Shown in pieces: positions 6,450 to 10,888 of a stretch of 10,888 nucleotides of DNA. Position numbers and translations under genes: made by a program. Source of the DNA: Octopus sinensis (lineage: Eukaryota); NCBI RefSeq assembly GCF_006345805.1, contig NW_021827125.1:1-10888 (forward strand). Reading direction: 5' to 3'. Each line of letters opens with the position of its first letter. Within the stretch, counting starts at the first letter, position 1. The notes below the pieces were generated by a model that saw only the letters and a program-made list of their open reading frames with translations, searched no databases and had not been told where the DNA came from.

Positions 6450-6708
6450 AAGAGTTACCTGTCCCTGTATTAACGTGTAAGTGGTTGAGTAACCGCGGAC
6501 GCGCATACCCTGTACGAAATCCTTAGGTAGAATCTGCAGCATGTTTGAAGTATAATCCACCCGTCCAGCTTCTGTACACCCTAATTTCACTTACAAGGTA
6601 TCGGTGGAACCAAGGCTACAAATAAAAATATAAAAAAAGGAAGCAGTGGGATTGAACCCTAGTTCTTGCGCTTTGCAAAGCGAACATCTTAGTCATTGGC
6701 CATACTGC
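6450..6708 (-). mobile_element. Old tRNA-derived SINE (family C) with a tail related to family A
   Basis: Head 6708-6643: GCAGTATGGCCAATGACTAAG...GGGTTCAATCCCACTGC (A and B boxes; terminal GCAGT/ACTGC pairing). 6473-6510 matches A1 2591-2629 at about 30 of 39 positions by hand alignment. Confidence 0.65.
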
Positions 6709-6821
6709 ATGTGTACCTACATAAACACGAACGCGCGTATACTCACACACATACATCATATTATGTATTTTGAAACACACACACACATATTAGTTCAGTG
6801 TGTGTTAATATATAATATTAT

Positions 6822-7223
6822 GGAGGCGCAATGACCCAGTGGTTAGGGGAGCGGAGTCGCGGTCGTAGGATCGCAGTTTCGATTCCCAGACCGGGCGTTG
6901 TGAATGTTTATTGGGCAAAAACATCTAAAGCTCCACGAGGCTCCCGCAGGAGGTGGTGGCGAACCCTGTTGTACTCTCTCACCACAACTTTCTCTCAGCA
7001 CAACTTTCTCTCACTCTTTCTTCCTGTTGCTGTTGTACCTGTATTTTCAAAGGGCCACCTTTGTCACACTCGGCGTCACGCTGAATCTCCCCGAGAACTA
7101 CCTTAAGGGTACACGTGTCTGTGGAGTACTCAGCCAACTTGCACGTTAATTTCACGAGCAGGCTGTTCCGTTGATCGGATCAACTGGAACCCTCGTCGTC
7201 GTAACCGACGGAGGAGTACCACG
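6822..7223 (+). mobile_element. tRNA-derived SINE family A, copy A2
   Basis: GGAGGCGCAATGACCCAGTGG...GTTTCGATTCC...GGAACCCTCGTCGTCGTAACCGACGGAG; collinear with the reverse complement of A1. Possible low-complexity TSD TAATATATAATA(T/A)TA at 6806-6820 and 7230-7244. Confidence 0.93.
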
Positions 7224-7499
7224 AAAATATAATATAATATAATATAGTACAGATGAATGCGCGTGCGCGTGTATCTCTGTTGATGCGTGTGTGTCTGTGT
7301 GTCTGTGAATTCATACCAACCGTCAAAGGCCAAAGGTCAAAAACGGTCTTTTTTATCTTCTTTTTTATATTCTTCATCCAGTGCTGTTCCCATTGACTGG
7401 AAATATTCTTTGAAATAAGAATTCTGTTTATAGATATTGGTAGATTCTAAATATATACTCATATGTTGTGTGGGGGGGGAAGGTATAGGAAGTTGTCTT

Positions 7500-7702
7500 T
7501 GTGTGTGTGTGTGTGTGTGAGCGTGATTATGTATTGTATATGCATACAAACACGTATACATACATACATATATACATACATATCTAAATATACATACATA
7601 CACATCTATATATATATTCATAAAAGAATATTCTTGTGTAACGTATGTAAGAGATGTATATATATAAACGTATATTTCTATTTTTAACTATACATATGTA
7701 TA

Positions 7703-7738
<36 letters not shown>

Positions 7739-7880
7739 TGTATGTACATATACACACACTTACACACATATATAGATGTATGTGTACAAAAAGTTACGTA
7801 TTCATATACACATATACATACACGTATATATTTAAGAATAAAATGATTTTGGTAGTATGTGTATGCACACATACACACAT
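7500..7880. repeat. Compound (TG)n/(TACA)n/(TATG)n/(TA)n microsatellite region
   Basis: Direct inspection. Confidence 0.9.
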
Positions 7881-8091
7881 ACAGATGGCAACTTTCAAAG
7901 AATTTCTTTTTTACTGACGCTAGCAAGAATAAAAATAAAACCATTTGAATGGAATTTCTTTTTGAATGTCAACAGAATGGATTGGAATTCATAGAAGACA
8001 GAACTAGCGATAGATAGCATAGAATTAACGGAATGGTAACATTGTACAATAAGAGAACCAATACCAGGAACAGTAACAGAATCAATATCGA

Positions 8092-8222
8092 CTCCTATCT
8101 TAGGCACAAGAGCACCTATTTTTGGAAAGGTTTTCATTGATGATATCAACCCCCACTACAGCACTGGTATTTATTTAATCGCCTCCCCCAAAGACGACCT
8201 TGGTGGGAATTAAACCCAGATT
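8092..8222 (-). mobile_element. SINE family B, copy B7 (old, internally deleted)
   Basis: TAGGCACAAG...TTTTTGG...ATCAACCCCCACTACAGCACTGGTATTTATTTAATCG...GACGACCTTGGTGGGAATTAAACCCAGA follows the order of the B1/B8 motifs. Confidence 0.6.
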
Positions 8223-8423
8223 GGTGCGTATGAGGGCGCAACTAAACGCCATATTGATTTTTAATCCGAAACTTCTCTTTTTTTCTGTTTAACTCCCTTC
8301 ATTTTTTTAGATAATATTTTCTACCTTAAAAGAAGGCCAGAAGTTTTAGGACAAAGATTATTCGATTATAAAGACCTCCATTTAAATGACTAGTACTATA
8401 TCTCATCGAGACGTGTGAGATTT

Positions 8424-8552
8424 ATACATACATACATACATACATACATACATACATACATACATACATACATACATACATACATACATACACACACACA
8501 TACACACATACATGCATGCATGCATGCATGCATACATACATACATACATACA
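8424..8552. repeat. (TACA)n/(CA)n/(TGCA)n microsatellite
   Basis: Direct inspection. Confidence 0.95.
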
Positions 8553-8740
8553 AAACTACCCTGTTTGATGTTGAAATTCCAATGAAGGAGCCTTGAATCT
8601 AGGTTAGAAACCGACTCTTCTATAGGTAAGAAATCTTGAAATAAAACTGAACAATGACACACACACACACACACACGCATATATATACACAAGGCGTATG
8701 TGTATCAATATTTCAGATGTGACTGGAAGGTGAGCGAATA

Positions 8741-8950
8741 AAATGGTTTCCAATTTTGGCACAAGGCCAGCAATTTCAGGGAAAGGGTTAAGCTGATTAC
8801 ATCGACCCCACTGCTCAGCTGGTACTTATTTCATCGACCTCGAAAAGTTGACAGCAAAGTCGACCTCGTCGGAATTTGAACTTAGAACATAAAGACACAC
8901 AAAACGCTGCTATTTTCTCCGGTGTGCTAACGATTCTGTCAGTCCACCGC
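8741..8950 (-). mobile_element. SINE family B, copy B8 (near full length, same tail type as B5)
   Basis: Head GCGGTGGACTGACAGAATCGTTAGCAC...GTTCAAATTCC; tail ...GCTGGCCTTGTGCCAAAATTGGAAACCATT. Confidence 0.9.
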
Positions 8951-9403
8951 ATGTAGACACACCGCTATTCACACGGCCCTTCTCTCACACCTATTTCGGG
9001 GGTCTTCGTTGCACTCCCTACAGAACCCCACACATATCTTTTCCGTTACTGTCGCATAATATACATTTCGATGTAAGCATTTTTATTTCATCCTGACCGT
9101 CATGAATAGACATCAGCTGGGTAAATAATTAATTAGCTAATTAACACGGCTGTGATATTTTGTGTGTATTTAAACTATAATTATACCGGTTACAGAAACA
9201 TGCATTCGCAAAAATTTTTCTCTATTTACTGTAAATAGACAGAACACTATTTAAAACCTACACCGGTTAAAGCATATTATTAGTAGAAAGTTTTGACACC
9301 ACACCGCCTCTACAGGCTTCTCGGTTTACCACGAACCAATGTTAAGTCTATAATTGCCTTCATGAGTGCATTCTGTGCGTGCTGGGATTTACATTATGAA
9401 TTT

Positions 9404-9417
9404 CACACACACACACA

Positions 9418-9479
<62 letters not shown>
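9404..9479. repeat. (CA)n microsatellite
   Basis: Direct inspection; one T interruption. Confidence 0.97.
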
Positions 9480-9480
<1 letters not shown>

Positions 9481-9903
9481 GCAAGCAAGCTCATATAGCA
9501 AAATGATTACAACAGGATCAAATGCCAGAGAAGTTACTATTATTAGCTTCACGCTCCGGCGAACAGAAATATAATTGTTTTGAATAGAAACTTGTTACTT
9601 GTTCAAATATGCTTGAGGTAATATTCGAACCCGTAAGGAGGCCGTTCACTGTATTTTGTGATGGAGAAAATTTCTCGCTGCAGAGACAAAGGTATAAATA
9701 CACCGAGTCAGCTCACCGCGCCACTTAACTTATTTGAACAGGTAACAAGTTTGTATTTTATGAACATCACTGCATTGCGCTGTCGACAGGTAATTGTCTT
9801 AAAGGTTGTTTGATCGATTTTCCAAAGAATCGGTTCCAACCCAGGAATTTGCGAAGCGAAAAATTCAGTCATGTTTCCTGCTCTTAAGTACTTACTTACA
9901 TAC

Positions 9904-10370
9904 AACCCTTTGTCATTCATGTTAAGGAAGTCTGAAGGATATGTCACTGGTTCACAAGGAAACAGAACTACCAAAATTACATACTGCTTCGTTGTGGATG
10001 ACTTAAAACTTTATGCAAAGAATATGCATGAGATGAAAAAGAGCCTTGACCTGGTTACAACATTCTCAAAGGATGTAGGTTGGAGTTTGGTCAGGATAAA
10101 TGTTGTTATATGGTTGTGAAAAGGGGGAAAGCTACAAACCAGACGAGTAACATCTCCATCAATTATATGGCTGTTTCCTCTGTATCTGACGAGGAATGTT
10201 ACAGGTATCTAAGGGTGGATGAAAATATATCTTATAATGGCACCTGTAACAAAACATGTGTCACTAAAGAATATTACAGCCGAATAAAGAAAATTTGGGC
10301 CTCAGATCTCTCTGCATTCGATAAAACAGTGGCCCACAATGTTATAGTAATTACTACAATTTATAGTAAT
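9904..10370 (+). pseudogene. Internal fragment of a non-LTR retrotransposon reverse transcriptase, R4/Dong-like (RLE-type) clade; frameshifted
   Basis: NPLSFML...VDDLKLYAKN...FSKDVG|MEFGQDKC...YRYLRVDE...IKKIW..DLS.FDKTVAHN matches RT domains 4-7 and the thumb (cf. YMDDLKLYAK, FS.DIGMEFG.DKC, YKYLG). A 1-bp deletion at ~10080-10081 shifts the frame, and the YLG glycine is now Arg (10212-10214). Confidence 0.9.
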
Positions 10371-10384
10371 TAAAATATAGAAGA

Positions 10385-10620
10385 GACAAACATACACTCA
10401 TACGTACATTGATGCAAGCATACATACATATATACATGCTTACATGCGGGCATATAGTGTACATATATACCTACATATGTACATACATACATACATACAT
10501 ACATACATACCAATATATACACATATTCATCATATATACACGTATATGTGCATCATGTATACATATATTCGTACACGTATATACAGATATACATACGTAG
10601 ATATATAAATACATGGAGAA
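10385..10620. repeat. Degenerate (TACA)n/(TA)n microsatellite
   Basis: Direct inspection. Confidence 0.88.
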
Positions 10621-10888
10621 GCAGATACAAATTACTTAGTGTATAGTTTAGGTATTGGGTTTCGTATATTGATATCTCTGTTATAGTACAGAGTTCATTG
10701 AGCTGGACTACATGAATATTTGCATGTAGACAGACACACAGACAGACATATATTATCACACAGCCATAATGAAGAAATATATTCATGAAAAATATTTCAG
10801 AGGGTTCAATAAAAAGAATAGAAAACCGCATAAAATTCAGCGGTGCAATGTAATAAAAATATATGGAAGTCATATGGACAAAATGGCG

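Noticed and set aside
7345-7440. Strong plus-strand polypyrimidine tract with CAG acceptor at 7381
   Set aside because: All three frames stop within 12 codons and no good donor follows; T-rich tracts are common here.
7895-8149. 84-aa minus-strand ORF
   Set aside because: Begins inside decayed SINE B7 and has no recognisable domain.
9518-9974. Minus-strand ORFs upstream of the RT as a possible twin-priming inversion (ITC...YKLVT resembles an RT motif)
   Set aside because: The translation does not lead to the GDSLSP-type motif expected to adjoin NPLS; the similarity is too short to trust.

Overview
This is repeat-rich eukaryotic DNA, most likely intronic or intergenic sequence from an octopus (coleoid cephalopod). 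That call rests on my recalling the SINE motifs as abundant octopus repeats, plus the very high microsatellite density; it is not a database result. Nearly all ORFs in the supplied track are microsatellite artefacts. Supported content: (i) about 11 tRNA-derived SINE copies from three families, here called A, B and C, including five same-strand family-B copies in 1609-3033, one nested insertion with a 9-bp TSD, and one 5'-truncated copy with a perfect 18-bp TSD; (ii) an internal, frameshifted R4/Dong-type reverse-transcriptase fragment at 9904-10370, and possibly a very decayed RTE-type RT at 1040-1515; (iii) many compound microsatellites. Two signals stand out. The first is a degenerate hammerhead-ribozyme core on the minus strand at 5484-5557, in the stem-II-open (type II) permutation, inside a ~400-bp segment bracketed by inverted microsatellite arms. 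The second is a candidate minus-strand coding exon at 3343-3238 that encodes a poly-Leu signal-peptide-like N-terminus and ends at a perfect phase-1 G|GTAAGT donor, with its ATG in the loop of a 24-bp perfect inverted repeat. No complete gene, true tRNA/rRNA gene or CRISPR array can be supported.
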